Shown one piece after another: positions 24,971 through 33,652 of a DNA stretch of 42,141 nucleotides; positions within the stretch are counted from its first letter, which is position 1, and every line of letters begins with the position of its first letter. The position numbers and the translations under genes were made by a program. Source of the stretch: an uncultured Bdellovibrionales bacterium. Its GTDB lineage: Bacteria; Patescibacteriota; Minisyncoccia; Moranbacterales; UBA1568. Location of the stretch: contig CAZJZN010000002.1 of NCBI GenBank assembly GCA_964550545.1, positions 1 to 42,141 of the forward strand, read 5' to 3'. The notes below the pieces were generated by a model, which made no database searches, was not told the origin of the DNA, and saw nothing but the letters and a program-made list of their open reading frames with translations.

Positions 24971-26100
24971 AGCGAATGGAGAAAGTGGGAAAGTCTATCA
25001 ATCGAAAGCCGGATGGAATAGTGTTCTTGAATGAAGTTTCGTGCCGCATTTCCATAGAATCTTCGTTTCTCGGGATTCGAAATGAGGATTTGGACCGACG
25101 TTGTGATTTCTTTGGTATTTTTCGTAGGTACAAGCATGCCTGTTTTTCCGTTTTCCACGAGCTCGCGATTTTCCGAAATATCGGTTGTGATGACGGGGAG
25201 CCCTGCGGCCATGGCCTCCATGACAGCATTGCTCATGCCTTCAAAGAGCGTCGGGAGAACAAAGCAATCAGAAATTTTGAGAAGCTGTGGGACATCCGTG
25301 CGGCGACCGAGGAAGTGTATGTTTTCTTTGGACTGGTAGCTTTCAATCTGTTGTTCAAGGTTTTTTCGTTCGGTGCCGTCGCCGACCAAGAGGAGTTTCA
25401 AATTCAATGTATTAATGGCTGGTATAGTTTCATTGTTGGGAGAATAGAGGGATTCAAAGGCTTCGAGGAGGTAGCGATGGCCCTTGTTGGAGTGGAGGTT
25501 CCCAACACAGATGATGACGAAATCGTCGGGATTAAGACCGAAAGTTTCGCGGAGCTTTGAATTTGGCTGAATGCTATTGAAAAACTCCACATCAACACCG
25601 GTTGATATTGTGGTGATTTTTTCTTTTGGTACCTCGATTTTGTTTACATAGAAATTTTCTACTGCTGGGGAGTTGGCAAGGTACTGTCGAGCGTATTTTT
25701 TGGTGATTTTCTCAAATATTCTGGCAGGCCAATATTTTGAATGATTGTAGGTTGTTCCGAGAAACGGGATGATTGGCGCGGACACCTTCTTTTGAAGGAG
25801 GAGTCGCCCGATCGCATCCGCATGGAAGAGATAGGTGATGATAACATTGGGAGCAAACTGACGAACTTCCATAAATAGCCTTTCGTATCCTGCGATATCA
25901 AAAAAACCCTTCCAGTGCACAGTGGTCACGGAAATATTCTTTTCTGAGAACTTAGGGGCAAGTTCCCCAAGTTCGCGAAGGGTTATAATATGATTCTCGA
26001 ACTCGTCCGCGAGGAGCGGAAGAAGTCGGAGAAGCGCGTTTTCCCACCCGCCGTTTCCGAGCGATTGGATGATATGGAGGACTTTTTTTTTATTTCGCAT
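24967..26100 (-). CDS. Glycosyltransferase family 4
   Basis: The ATG at 26100 gives MRNKKKVLHIIQSLGNGGWENALLRLL, a typical GT4 start. The E-x7-E motif is LFEGMSNAVMEAMAAGLPVITTD. The 47-aa extension in the ORF track overlaps the upstream gene and is rejected. Confidence 0.85.
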   Translation of the reverse strand: MRNKKKVLHIIQSLGNGGWENALLRLLPLLADEFENHIITLRELGELAPKFSEKNISVTTVHWKGFFDIAGYERLFMEVRQFAPNVIITYLFHADAIGRLLLQKKVSAPIIPFLGTTYNHSKYWPARIFEKITKKYARQYLANSPAVENFYVNKIEVPKEKITTISTGVDVEFFNSIQPNSKLRETFGLNPDDFVIICVGNLHSNKGHRYLLEAFESLYSPNNETIPAINTLNLKLLLVGDGTERKNLEQQIESYQSKENIHFLGRRTDVPQLLKISDCFVLPTLFEGMSNAVMEAMAAGLPVITTDISENRELVENGKTGMLVPTKNTKEITTSVQILISNPEKRRFYGNAARNFIQEHYSIRLSIDRLSHFLHSL

Positions 26101-27187
26101 ATATTCCGATACAGGTGATGCCAGCTTCCGGATGTTCGTGAGCGCGGATAGTATTGAGGCGGGCGCTCCGGAACCATTGCTCGACCTCCTCTCGGTAGTA
26201 GTAGTTGCTTTTCGGGGTCGCGAGGACGTCGAAGGCGTCATTCAATTTCATATTGAAGGGGAAATTTTCGTAGTACGAGAAAGGGAATTTCGACGCGAGT
26301 CCGTCGAGGCCGATCTTTCGAAGGAGTTTTGCCTTGAGGTTGATGAGGTGCACGATGCCTCCGGGTATATAACAGAGCTTGAAGAGGATCGGCTTCGGGA
26401 GATGGCGAAGCATCGCGCGGAGCGGTTCATAGAGGTAGAGCGCGCGGGCGTTCTTGCGGCGATTGTAGACCCAGATGAGCATTTCCCCACCCTCCTTGAG
26501 AGTTTTGGGGAGGCGCGAGAATCCTTCTTGGGGTTTGGGGAGGTGGTGGAGGACGCCGATCGAGTAGGAGAGATCGAAGGTTTTCTCGAATGGCATATGA
26601 TAGATATCCGCCTGGACGATTGCCGCATTCGGGATGTCCTTGGTCATTTCGTAGGCGACTTCGACGGTTTCGCCCAAGTCGCTTCCGAAAGCGACTTCCG
26701 CGCCGGAGAGCGCCGCCCACTTGGTGAAGCGTCCGGATCCGCATCCGATATCAAGAGTTTTCTTTCCTTTGATATTTTTTTCCGTCACAAATGGACCCGA
26801 GAAATGGAAGAAATTTTGCTTTTCGTAGTCGTTTTCCTTGTAGATATATTTCCACTCATACGCGAAGCTCTCCGCCGTTTTCTTCTGGTGTTTCCAAAAC
26901 CGATTGAGATCGGGGATGGCATCGATGGCGGATTGCCATTCTTTTGCGACAGACGCCGGAAGCGCCGCGCGGTGTTTTTTGAAAAACTCCTGATGCGTTT
27001 GGAGGAGATTCACCTTGAGTTTCCCCGTGAGGAGTCGCGGAATGCCGTTTATGATCGGATACCAATGCTTGTCACTCGCGAGAACACCGGAAATGATATG
27101 ATCGCCGGATGTTTCGAATGTTTCCGAAAGTGATATCGAAGCAAGCGTCTCCGGATCCCGAAGGAAAGGAATGTGAACAGTTCTCAT
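26090..27187 (-). CDS. SAM-dependent methyltransferase with an N-terminal Trm112-like domain
   Basis: The N-terminus GVLASDKHWYPIINGIPRLL resembles the Trm112/YbaR beta-zinc-ribbon-like segment without cysteines. Motif I is TLDIGCGSGRFTKWAALSGAEVAFGSD, and IGVLHHLP follows. Confidence 0.8.
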   Translation of the reverse strand: MRTVHIPFLRDPETLASISLSETFETSGDHIISGVLASDKHWYPIINGIPRLLTGKLKVNLLQTHQEFFKKHRAALPASVAKEWQSAIDAIPDLNRFWKHQKKTAESFAYEWKYIYKENDYEKQNFFHFSGPFVTEKNIKGKKTLDIGCGSGRFTKWAALSGAEVAFGSDLGETVEVAYEMTKDIPNAAIVQADIYHMPFEKTFDLSYSIGVLHHLPKPQEGFSRLPKTLKEGGEMLIWVYNRRKNARALYLYEPLRAMLRHLPKPILFKLCYIPGGIVHLINLKAKLLRKIGLDGLASKFPFSYYENFPFNMKLNDAFDVLATPKSNYYYREEVEQWFRSARLNTIRAHEHPEAGITCIGIYAK

Positions 27188-27221
27188 AGGAGATATCTAA
27201 CTACTTTGGCTTAGTATAGCG

Positions 27222-29111
27222 TTAATCAAAATATTCTTCAAACCAGAGTTCGAGGGTGAGGAGTGCCCAGATGTGGGGGGAGAAATTGATGCGTGTCGAG
27301 GTGTGCGTGTCGAGGATTTTTTTGATAGCGGATTCTTTGAAGAGGTTTCGTTGTATGAGCTGTCCGCCGAGGAGTTTTTGCTTCGCGTAGTCTTTGAGCT
27401 CACCGCGAAACCAGGCGTCGATCGGGACGCCGAAGCCCATTTTTGGGCGAAACATCACTTCGTCGGGGATGATGCCGCGGAGCGCTTCTTTGAGGATATA
27501 CTTCTTGTTATTGAATCCCTTGAGCTTGAGATTGAACGGAATTTTCGCGGTAAGCTCGAGGAGTTCGTGATCGAGGAAAGGCGAGCGACCTTCGAGGGCG
27601 ACGGTCATGGTGGCGATGTCAACTTTTGTGAGGAGCGCTTCAGGAAGATAGGTGACGAAGTCTGCGTAGACAGCTTGTTCGGTTCGATTCTTCGATCCCG
27701 ATTCGAGGAATCGACTCGCGATGATGTCGTACGTATCGTCCTTCCAGATTTGTTGTTTGAATTCCTCGGTGTAGAGTGAAGACTTTTGCTCATTGGTGAA
27801 ATAGGCGGTGTAGGAAAGATAGCGCTTACGATAGTCGACCGAGAGGCTTTTGGAAAACCGATGAAGGCGCTCGAAGAATGTGTTTCGGATGTTTCGGGCG
27901 AGAAATTTCGTGAGCGGCTTTCCGGCAATTCGGTTCAAGAAATCAAAGTGGTCAAGAAAATTCGAAACCTGGAACGCGGCATAGCGCGTGTAACCGGCGA
28001 AGTTTTCGTCGCCACCGTCGCCATTCAGCGCTACCGTGACATGCTCGCGCGTGAGCTGGGAAACAAGATAGGTCGGAAGAGCGCTCGAGTCGGCATAAGG
28101 CTCTTCGTATTGTTTCACGAGCATTGGGAGGATCTCTATCGCGTGCGGCTTGACGATGAATTCGGTGTGATCGGTTTTGAATTTCTTTGCGATCATTCGG
28201 GCATAGGGGAGCTCATTGTATTTTTCTTCTTGAAACCCGATGGAGAAAGTCTTGATCGGTTTCTCGGAGTGGCGCGCCATCATGGCGACGATAGCGCTTG
28301 AATCGATGCCGCCCGAAAGGAAGGCGCCGATTGGAACGTCGGCAATCATCCGGAGGCGAGTGGCTTCATCAAGTGTCTCAAGGATCTGTTTCTTCCATTC
28401 GCTTTCCGGGAGATCGAGCTTTTTTGAATAATCCAATTTCCAATAGCGTTCCTTTTTGAGTTCTTTTGTTCTCAAATTGAGCGAAAGGAAATGTGCCGGT
28501 TCGAGTTTTTTAATGCCTTTGAATCCGGTCATGGGCGCGGGGACATACTGGAGGGTGAGATAGTGGTGGATCGCCTCGTAGTCCGGTTCGCGTGTGTATT
28601 CCGGCTGCGTAAGGATGGCCTTGAGTTCCGAAGCGAACAAAAAAGTATTTCCGTCAAAAAAATATTTGAATGGCTTTTTGCCGACTCGATCGCGTGCCGC
28701 AAAGAGGGTTTTTTCATGTTCGTCATAAATCGCGAACGCAAACATGCCGCGAAGGTGCTCAAGACATTTCTCGCGATACTTGTCGAAAAGCGCGAGGATG
28801 ATTTCGGTGTCGGAATGAGATGTGAAGGCGTAGCCTCCTCTCAGGAGCTCCGCGCGCTTTTCTTGGAAGTTGTATATTTCACCATTAAAAACGATTTCGT
28901 AGCGATCAAGATACCGCATTGGCTGGCGTCCGAGGGGCGAGAGATCGATGATGGCGAGACGACGATGTCCTAAGCCAACTTTTTTGTCGGGAGAGAGATA
29001 TGCGCCGCCGTCATCGGGACCGCGATGCTTGATGGCGTCGGTCATCCGTTCAATTTCGGGAATCGAAACTATTTTTGACCCAAGAGAAATTTTTCCGGCG
29101 ATACCGCACAT
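27222..29111 (-). CDS. asnB: Asparagine synthase (glutamine-hydrolysing)-type amidotransferase
   Basis: MCGIAG Ntn-glutaminase start with catalytic Cys2. The PP-loop FLSGGIDSSAIVAMM (SGGxDS) is present. 629 aa. Confidence 0.92.
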   Translation of the reverse strand: MCGIAGKISLGSKIVSIPEIERMTDAIKHRGPDDGGAYLSPDKKVGLGHRRLAIIDLSPLGRQPMRYLDRYEIVFNGEIYNFQEKRAELLRGGYAFTSHSDTEIILALFDKYREKCLEHLRGMFAFAIYDEHEKTLFAARDRVGKKPFKYFFDGNTFLFASELKAILTQPEYTREPDYEAIHHYLTLQYVPAPMTGFKGIKKLEPAHFLSLNLRTKELKKERYWKLDYSKKLDLPESEWKKQILETLDEATRLRMIADVPIGAFLSGGIDSSAIVAMMARHSEKPIKTFSIGFQEEKYNELPYARMIAKKFKTDHTEFIVKPHAIEILPMLVKQYEEPYADSSALPTYLVSQLTREHVTVALNGDGGDENFAGYTRYAAFQVSNFLDHFDFLNRIAGKPLTKFLARNIRNTFFERLHRFSKSLSVDYRKRYLSYTAYFTNEQKSSLYTEEFKQQIWKDDTYDIIASRFLESGSKNRTEQAVYADFVTYLPEALLTKVDIATMTVALEGRSPFLDHELLELTAKIPFNLKLKGFNNKKYILKEALRGIIPDEVMFRPKMGFGVPIDAWFRGELKDYAKQKLLGGQLIQRNLFKESAIKKILDTHTSTRINFSPHIWALLTLELWFEEYFD

Positions 29112-29153
29112 AGGGAGTGAAAATGAGGAACTTAGGAATGAAAAGGGAAGCTT

Positions 29154-30323
29154 TTATTTTTTTGAATTCTTTTTCAGTGTTTTTTCAAATACATGGAGAT
29201 ATTTTTCGGCGGAGGTGTCCCAATTGAATTTGTTTTGGATAATAAGGAGGGCATTTCTGCCGAATTGTGCGCGAATATCGGGATGCTCAATGAGAAATCC
29301 CAATTTTTCTCGAAGGACATTGATGTCTCCGGCAGGAACAAGAAAGCCATCACCATTCCCGGAAATGATTTCCGGCGTGCCGCCGACATTAGTTGCGATG
29401 ATAGCCTTTTCGCATAGCGCCGCCTCGATGATGGATGTGGGCAGTCCTTCGGTATAGCTCGGATTCACGATAATGTCGCATGCCTTCATGAGAGCGATCG
29501 CTTCCGGATGTTTCTTGTGTCCGAAAAAGAGTACCTCTTCTTCGAGGCTGTATTTTTTTGTATCTCGTTCGAGTTTTTTCCGTTCCGGACCATCTCCAAT
29601 ACAGGCAACCACGAACTTTTTTCTTGGAATGTGCGAAAGTGCGGCGAGGAGATTGGCAACACCCTTCCCATCGATGAGGCGACCGACAAATCCGATTCCG
29701 AGGCGACCGTGCTTCTTGTTGAGAAAGTCTTTGTCCGGCGCGATAGTACAAATGTCATCTCCTTCAATACCTCGGTAAATAATAGCACAATCTTTCCCGG
29801 AGAGTTTCTTTACAAATGTTGCGGATGCGGCGGAATTGGCGATGAGCGTATCCGAATATCGGAGAACGAGCCGGCCAAGGGTGTGATCGTACCACTTTCC
29901 CAAAAGAGTTTTGACAGGACTATTGAAAATCGCATAGTCGGAGCCGTGTTCTATGTGAATCAACGGGATATGCTTGATTTTTGAAAGAAGAAGCGCGAGA
30001 AGCGAAGTGCTGAAAAATCGCGTGCGGGAAATCAGAATCTCCGGCTTTGACGAGAGTGCCTCTTTGAGAAGATTCCAGAATTTTGGCATCCAGAATTTTG
30101 GCACGGGATAATTATGAATCGGCTCCCACGCGGGAAAGCGGATGATGCGGACATTTTCATGGACGATCTCTTCTTCCGGCGCGCTTGAAGGGAGTCGTGG
30201 CGTGAAAATGGAAATATTGACGCCTCGTTTTGTGAGATGCTTATTGAATTCATCCGCGTGCGACTCGAGTCCGCCGATATGGGGAGTGTAGAATGGCGAA
30301 AAGACTAAAAGCTTAAGTTTCAT
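29154..30323 (-). CDS. Glycosyltransferase family 4
   Basis: The ORF track start at 30335 is GTG. The ATG at 30323 gives MKLKLLVFSPFYTPHIGGLESH and forms an ATGA overlap with the upstream stop. The E-x7-E region is YTEGLPTSIIEAALCEKAIIATNVGG. Confidence 0.85.
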   Translation of the reverse strand: MKLKLLVFSPFYTPHIGGLESHADEFNKHLTKRGVNISIFTPRLPSSAPEEEIVHENVRIIRFPAWEPIHNYPVPKFWMPKFWNLLKEALSSKPEILISRTRFFSTSLLALLLSKIKHIPLIHIEHGSDYAIFNSPVKTLLGKWYDHTLGRLVLRYSDTLIANSAASATFVKKLSGKDCAIIYRGIEGDDICTIAPDKDFLNKKHGRLGIGFVGRLIDGKGVANLLAALSHIPRKKFVVACIGDGPERKKLERDTKKYSLEEEVLFFGHKKHPEAIALMKACDIIVNPSYTEGLPTSIIEAALCEKAIIATNVGGTPEIISGNGDGFLVPAGDINVLREKLGFLIEHPDIRAQFGRNALLIIQNKFNWDTSAEKYLHVFEKTLKKNSKK

Positions 30324-32416
30324 AATATTTTCCACAGGTAAATCTTATGTTCTTCGTCGGAATAGAGTTTCTTGAATCGAATCGGGTCTTTGTCAAAAAT
30401 GAGGTCCTTTTCTTTTCCAATGGTTTTCTTTACGTAGGGTCGGTCGAGATAGGGATTTCGAGGGTCGGGCGCGGCATAGTATACGTAGAAGTTTTTTTTC
30501 GATGAAGGAGAGTTCAGGTCATCGAGAGTGGAGCGGGATGTCGAAAGAGAGGAATCAATTTTTTTTAGGAGGAGTTTGATTTCATTTGCCTCTTGTTTGG
30601 GATTCTTCGAAAGAAATTCTTTGAGAAGTCGCTCGATATTTTCAGATTCTTTTTTGTAGGTTTCGGCGAAATACTCTTTGGAGCGAATATTTTTTTCAAG
30701 TTCTTGTTCAAAAGTGGAAGTGCTGTAATAGAAGTTTGGATTTGAGATAGAAATAATTTCTGAGCCGGAATGAAAACGAAGGAGACGTGAGTGGCCAGTT
30801 ACGAAGATGAGCCGATTTTCAGGGAGATTGGAATTGATCCACGAGGCGGATGCAAGCTGATGTTCCGTGATCATATATTTTTTGAGTGCATTAATGTAGA
30901 GGGCGGCGCCTATATTGAGTGAAATTCCAAAGAGAAGCATCCACAGAAAAAGTTTCCGGTTTCCAAGTGGCGTTTTGAGAATGATGGGGACAATTGCGGT
31001 CCCGAAAATGCCAGCGAAAACCCAGGCGCGATCCGGTAGGAGGGCAATACTGAAAAGTCTCGGAAGTATTTCGGCGAGAAGGAAAAAAATGAGAAATGAG
31101 AATGTTACCGGAAGGATATACTTTGAGAAAAAGGAGGACTTCCATGGCAGTTTTTTTCGTTCGAGAGCGATAGCGAGGAAAAGAAGGAGGAGTGCCGGTC
31201 CGATATAGAAGAGATAGTATTTTCCAACGCCAGCGAGATCTCCCCATCCCATTTCATTGCCGTCGACGTTCACATATTGTTCCGGGAAGAGGAAGTTTGT
31301 TTGAAAATGGAGAAGTGATGGAATTTGACTCTTGATTTTTGAACCGATAAATTCGGCGGGACCGAAAATATGTGGAGCCAGAATAAGGAGAATGAGCATG
31401 CTTGAGAGAATATTTTTTCGTGCAAGTACAAAAATTTCTCGGCGAAAGGCGTATCCGGTTACCAGTATCCATAATGCGAGGGGAGGTGCGAGTACTTCGT
31501 GATACCAAAACCCAAAAAAAAGGATAGCGCCACCGAGAAATGAGAAAAACATATCATTTTTCATCCATGCGTAGAGGAGAAATGAAACAAAGAAAAAGCA
31601 CGCGATACTTGCAAATGCCTGTGGGATGGGAAGAGTGAGGTAGCTAATGCCGATACCGTTTATGAATGGAAAAAGAAAAAGAATCGTCTTGTGAAGCGGA
31701 TGGGAGAAGAGAGAAGTGAGAAGCGAAATTGGGAACACGATTGCGAGAAATGAAAAGGGAAGGATGTATTTGAAGAAAGCGTAGAAGTCAATATGAGCTC
31801 CGATGGTGAAAATGTACGAGAGAGATGCAAAGAGCGGGCGATATCCGTCGAGGGGGACAATATTTCCTCCGGAAAAAAGGCGTTGAAATTCAGCATACCA
31901 GTAATAGGGATCAAGGTCAGGGAGGGGGTAAAAAGCGCTGACGATACCAAGGGCGACGAAGCTGTAGAAAAAAAACGGAAGAAGAAAATCTCGAGATGTT
32001 GCGAGCGATCGAATGTATTTGAGATGTATTGAAAAATCCGGAAAATGCTCTTTCTTGTTTTGAACAAATGAGACCCAGAAAAAAACGCCGGTAACGGCGA
32101 TAAAAATGAGGACGGCGTTTGCGAGCGGAAAAAGTGAAGAAACAGATCCGAAAAAAGTAAACTCGATCGTGAGGATGAGCGGGATGACGAAGATGGAAGC
32201 GGCGGATGAAATGGCGAGTGTTTCAATCGGAGAAAATGCTCTCTTAAAAAAATAGTGGAGGAACGCCGAGATATTCATTCCCGGAAAAATGAAGAGTGTC
32301 AGGATTTCAACAATTGAGCGAAAGACTCTTCCTAGGATACTTGTTTCAAGTGGGAGTACGCTCACAAGAATGGCCAGGAGGAAACAGAGTAGGTTCGTTC
32401 GTATGAGCCAGCGCAT
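30320..32416 (-). CDS. Large polytopic membrane protein, GT-C-like putative extracytoplasmic glycosyltransferase
   Basis: 698 aa with ~14 hydrophobic segments and a ~190-aa soluble C-terminal domain. The acidic loop motif YPLPDLDPYYWYAEF resembles the first-loop D-x-D/DPY motifs of GT-C enzymes. It sits directly downstream of a GtrB-like GT2 plus a small membrane protein. Confidence 0.6.
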   Translation of the reverse strand: MRWLIRTNLLCFLLAILVSVLPLETSILGRVFRSIVEILTLFIFPGMNISAFLHYFFKRAFSPIETLAISSAASIFVIPLILTIEFTFFGSVSSLFPLANAVLIFIAVTGVFFWVSFVQNKKEHFPDFSIHLKYIRSLATSRDFLLPFFFYSFVALGIVSAFYPLPDLDPYYWYAEFQRLFSGGNIVPLDGYRPLFASLSYIFTIGAHIDFYAFFKYILPFSFLAIVFPISLLTSLFSHPLHKTILFLFPFINGIGISYLTLPIPQAFASIACFFFVSFLLYAWMKNDMFFSFLGGAILFFGFWYHEVLAPPLALWILVTGYAFRREIFVLARKNILSSMLILLILAPHIFGPAEFIGSKIKSQIPSLLHFQTNFLFPEQYVNVDGNEMGWGDLAGVGKYYLFYIGPALLLLFLAIALERKKLPWKSSFFSKYILPVTFSFLIFFLLAEILPRLFSIALLPDRAWVFAGIFGTAIVPIILKTPLGNRKLFLWMLLFGISLNIGAALYINALKKYMITEHQLASASWINSNLPENRLIFVTGHSRLLRFHSGSEIISISNPNFYYSTSTFEQELEKNIRSKEYFAETYKKESENIERLLKEFLSKNPKQEANEIKLLLKKIDSSLSTSRSTLDDLNSPSSKKNFYVYYAAPDPRNPYLDRPYVKKTIGKEKDLIFDKDPIRFKKLYSDEEHKIYLWKIL

Positions 32417-32420
32417 AGTG

Positions 32421-32780
32421 CTATTCCTTTTTTGTTTCGATGGATGGTAGGTGCTCTAGTGTTTCCTTTCGCGTAAGCGAGGTGACCTGCGCTTCCACCC
32501 GTTCGATCGCGGAGAGAAGTTTGAAGATCATCAGGAAGACGAGAATGAAGCCGACCATAATGACAGCATTGATATTTCCTTCGATGCCGATGAGTGTGGC
32601 GAGATCATTGCTCAGTGTCGGGAAGAGGGCGATTGCCGCCATACCGCCCCAGACGATAAGTCGGATGGAAAATTTGAAAAAGGTCTGCCCGCCTTCTTGT
32701 CGGAAGTATTGCGCGCCACCCTGCCAGATCATAAATCCGGCAAGTCCCACAATGATGATTTGATAGAAATGGAGAGACAT
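32421..32780 (-). CDS. Small membrane protein, DUF2304-like
   Basis: The ATG at 32780 gives MSLHFYQIIIVGLAGFMIWQG. It has four hydrophobic segments in ~119 aa. The size and the pairing with a DPM1-like GT2 fit DUF2304. The ORF-track N-terminal extension is non-hydrophobic and is rejected. Confidence 0.65.
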   Translation of the reverse strand: MSLHFYQIIIVGLAGFMIWQGGAQYFRQEGGQTFFKFSIRLIVWGGMAAIALFPTLSNDLATLIGIEGNINAVIMVGFILVFLMIFKLLSAIERVEAQVTSLTRKETLEHLPSIETKKE

Positions 32781-32895
32781 AGGAGTGCGGTTAACAGTCA
32801 ATAGAGAATAAAAACGTTCATTGGTTGAGTAGTTGAGTTGGTTCGGTACTTTTTGAACAGTGTGAACTGAAAAGTATCGCATTCCATTCAACAGT

Positions 32896-33627
32896 CTACT
32901 TCAGCATATGAAAAATCATCCGATAGACGGTTTTTATGCCGGTTACAAGGCTTTGCTTTTGCGTCTTTCCCATCGAATAATCCGTGTAGCGGACTTCGAT
33001 GGGAACCTCGGAGTATTTGAGGCGATGTTTTTTAATTTCGCGGATGACTTCGCTGTCATATTCGTAGCGGTCAGTGGTGGTATCAATCATTTTCGCGGCG
33101 CGACATGAATAAGCGCGGAAGCCGGATTGGCTGTCGCTGACCCAGAGTCCGTAGAGGTACCAAACGATTGCATTCCCGATCATATTGTGCGCTATTTTGT
33201 ACCAAGGCATTCCCTCCGGGTTTTTGAGTCGTGTTCCGAGAACGACATCAGTTTTCTTTTGCTGGATGGGCGCGAGGAGTTTTTCGATATCCTCCGGATT
33301 ATGTTGGCCATCACCGTCCATGGTGACAATAATTTTTGCGCCGAGGAGTTTCGCGGCTTCAATTCCGGTCTTGGTGGCGGCACCCTTACCGCGATTCAAT
33401 CGGTGTCGGAGTGTCGTTGCGCCGGCGTTTTGCGATGCTTCAAATGTAGTATCTCGGCTGCCGTCATCAACAACGAGTATGTTTGAGAAGCCGGCGTTTC
33501 GGATGTCTCTGACGACGTTTCCAATGGCGGTTGCCTCATTGTAGGCGGGGATAACGATCCAGACGGAATCGTTTTGGTTGGGAGTGTGAGACGGAAGCGG
33601 CATTTTTTCGGTTTCGGTGTTTTCCAT
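32896..33627 (-). CDS. GT2 polyprenyl-phosphate sugar synthase (GtrB/DPM1/ArnC-like)
   Basis: WIVIPAYNEATAIGNVVRDI, ILVVDDGSRDTT and VTMDGDGQHNPEDI (DxD) are present. It is a compact 243-aa GT-A without TM tails. Confidence 0.85.
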   Translation of the reverse strand: MENTETEKMPLPSHTPNQNDSVWIVIPAYNEATAIGNVVRDIRNAGFSNILVVDDGSRDTTFEASQNAGATTLRHRLNRGKGAATKTGIEAAKLLGAKIIVTMDGDGQHNPEDIEKLLAPIQQKKTDVVLGTRLKNPEGMPWYKIAHNMIGNAIVWYLYGLWVSDSQSGFRAYSCRAAKMIDTTTDRYEYDSEVIREIKKHRLKYSEVPIEVRYTDYSMGKTQKQSLVTGIKTVYRMIFHMLK

Positions 33628-33652
33628 AGCTTCACGAAGACAGCGTTAGTTT

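Noticed and set aside
26101-26241. 47-aa N-terminal extension of the GT4 gene (MTPSTSSRPRKATTTT...)
   Set aside because: It overlaps the 3' end of the upstream methyltransferase by about 150 nt and is low-complexity. The ATG at 26100 gives a canonical GT4 N-terminus.
26069-27133. 354-aa ORF on the + strand spanning almost the whole methyltransferase gene
   Set aside because: It is antisense to 26090..27187. That minus-strand gene carries clear class I methyltransferase motifs (LDIGCGSGRF, GVLHHLP) and is embedded in a translationally coupled minus-strand train. The + ORF is E/R/D/F-rich low-complexity sequence with no recognisable motif, which is typical of a stop-free shadow frame in GC-rich coding DNA.
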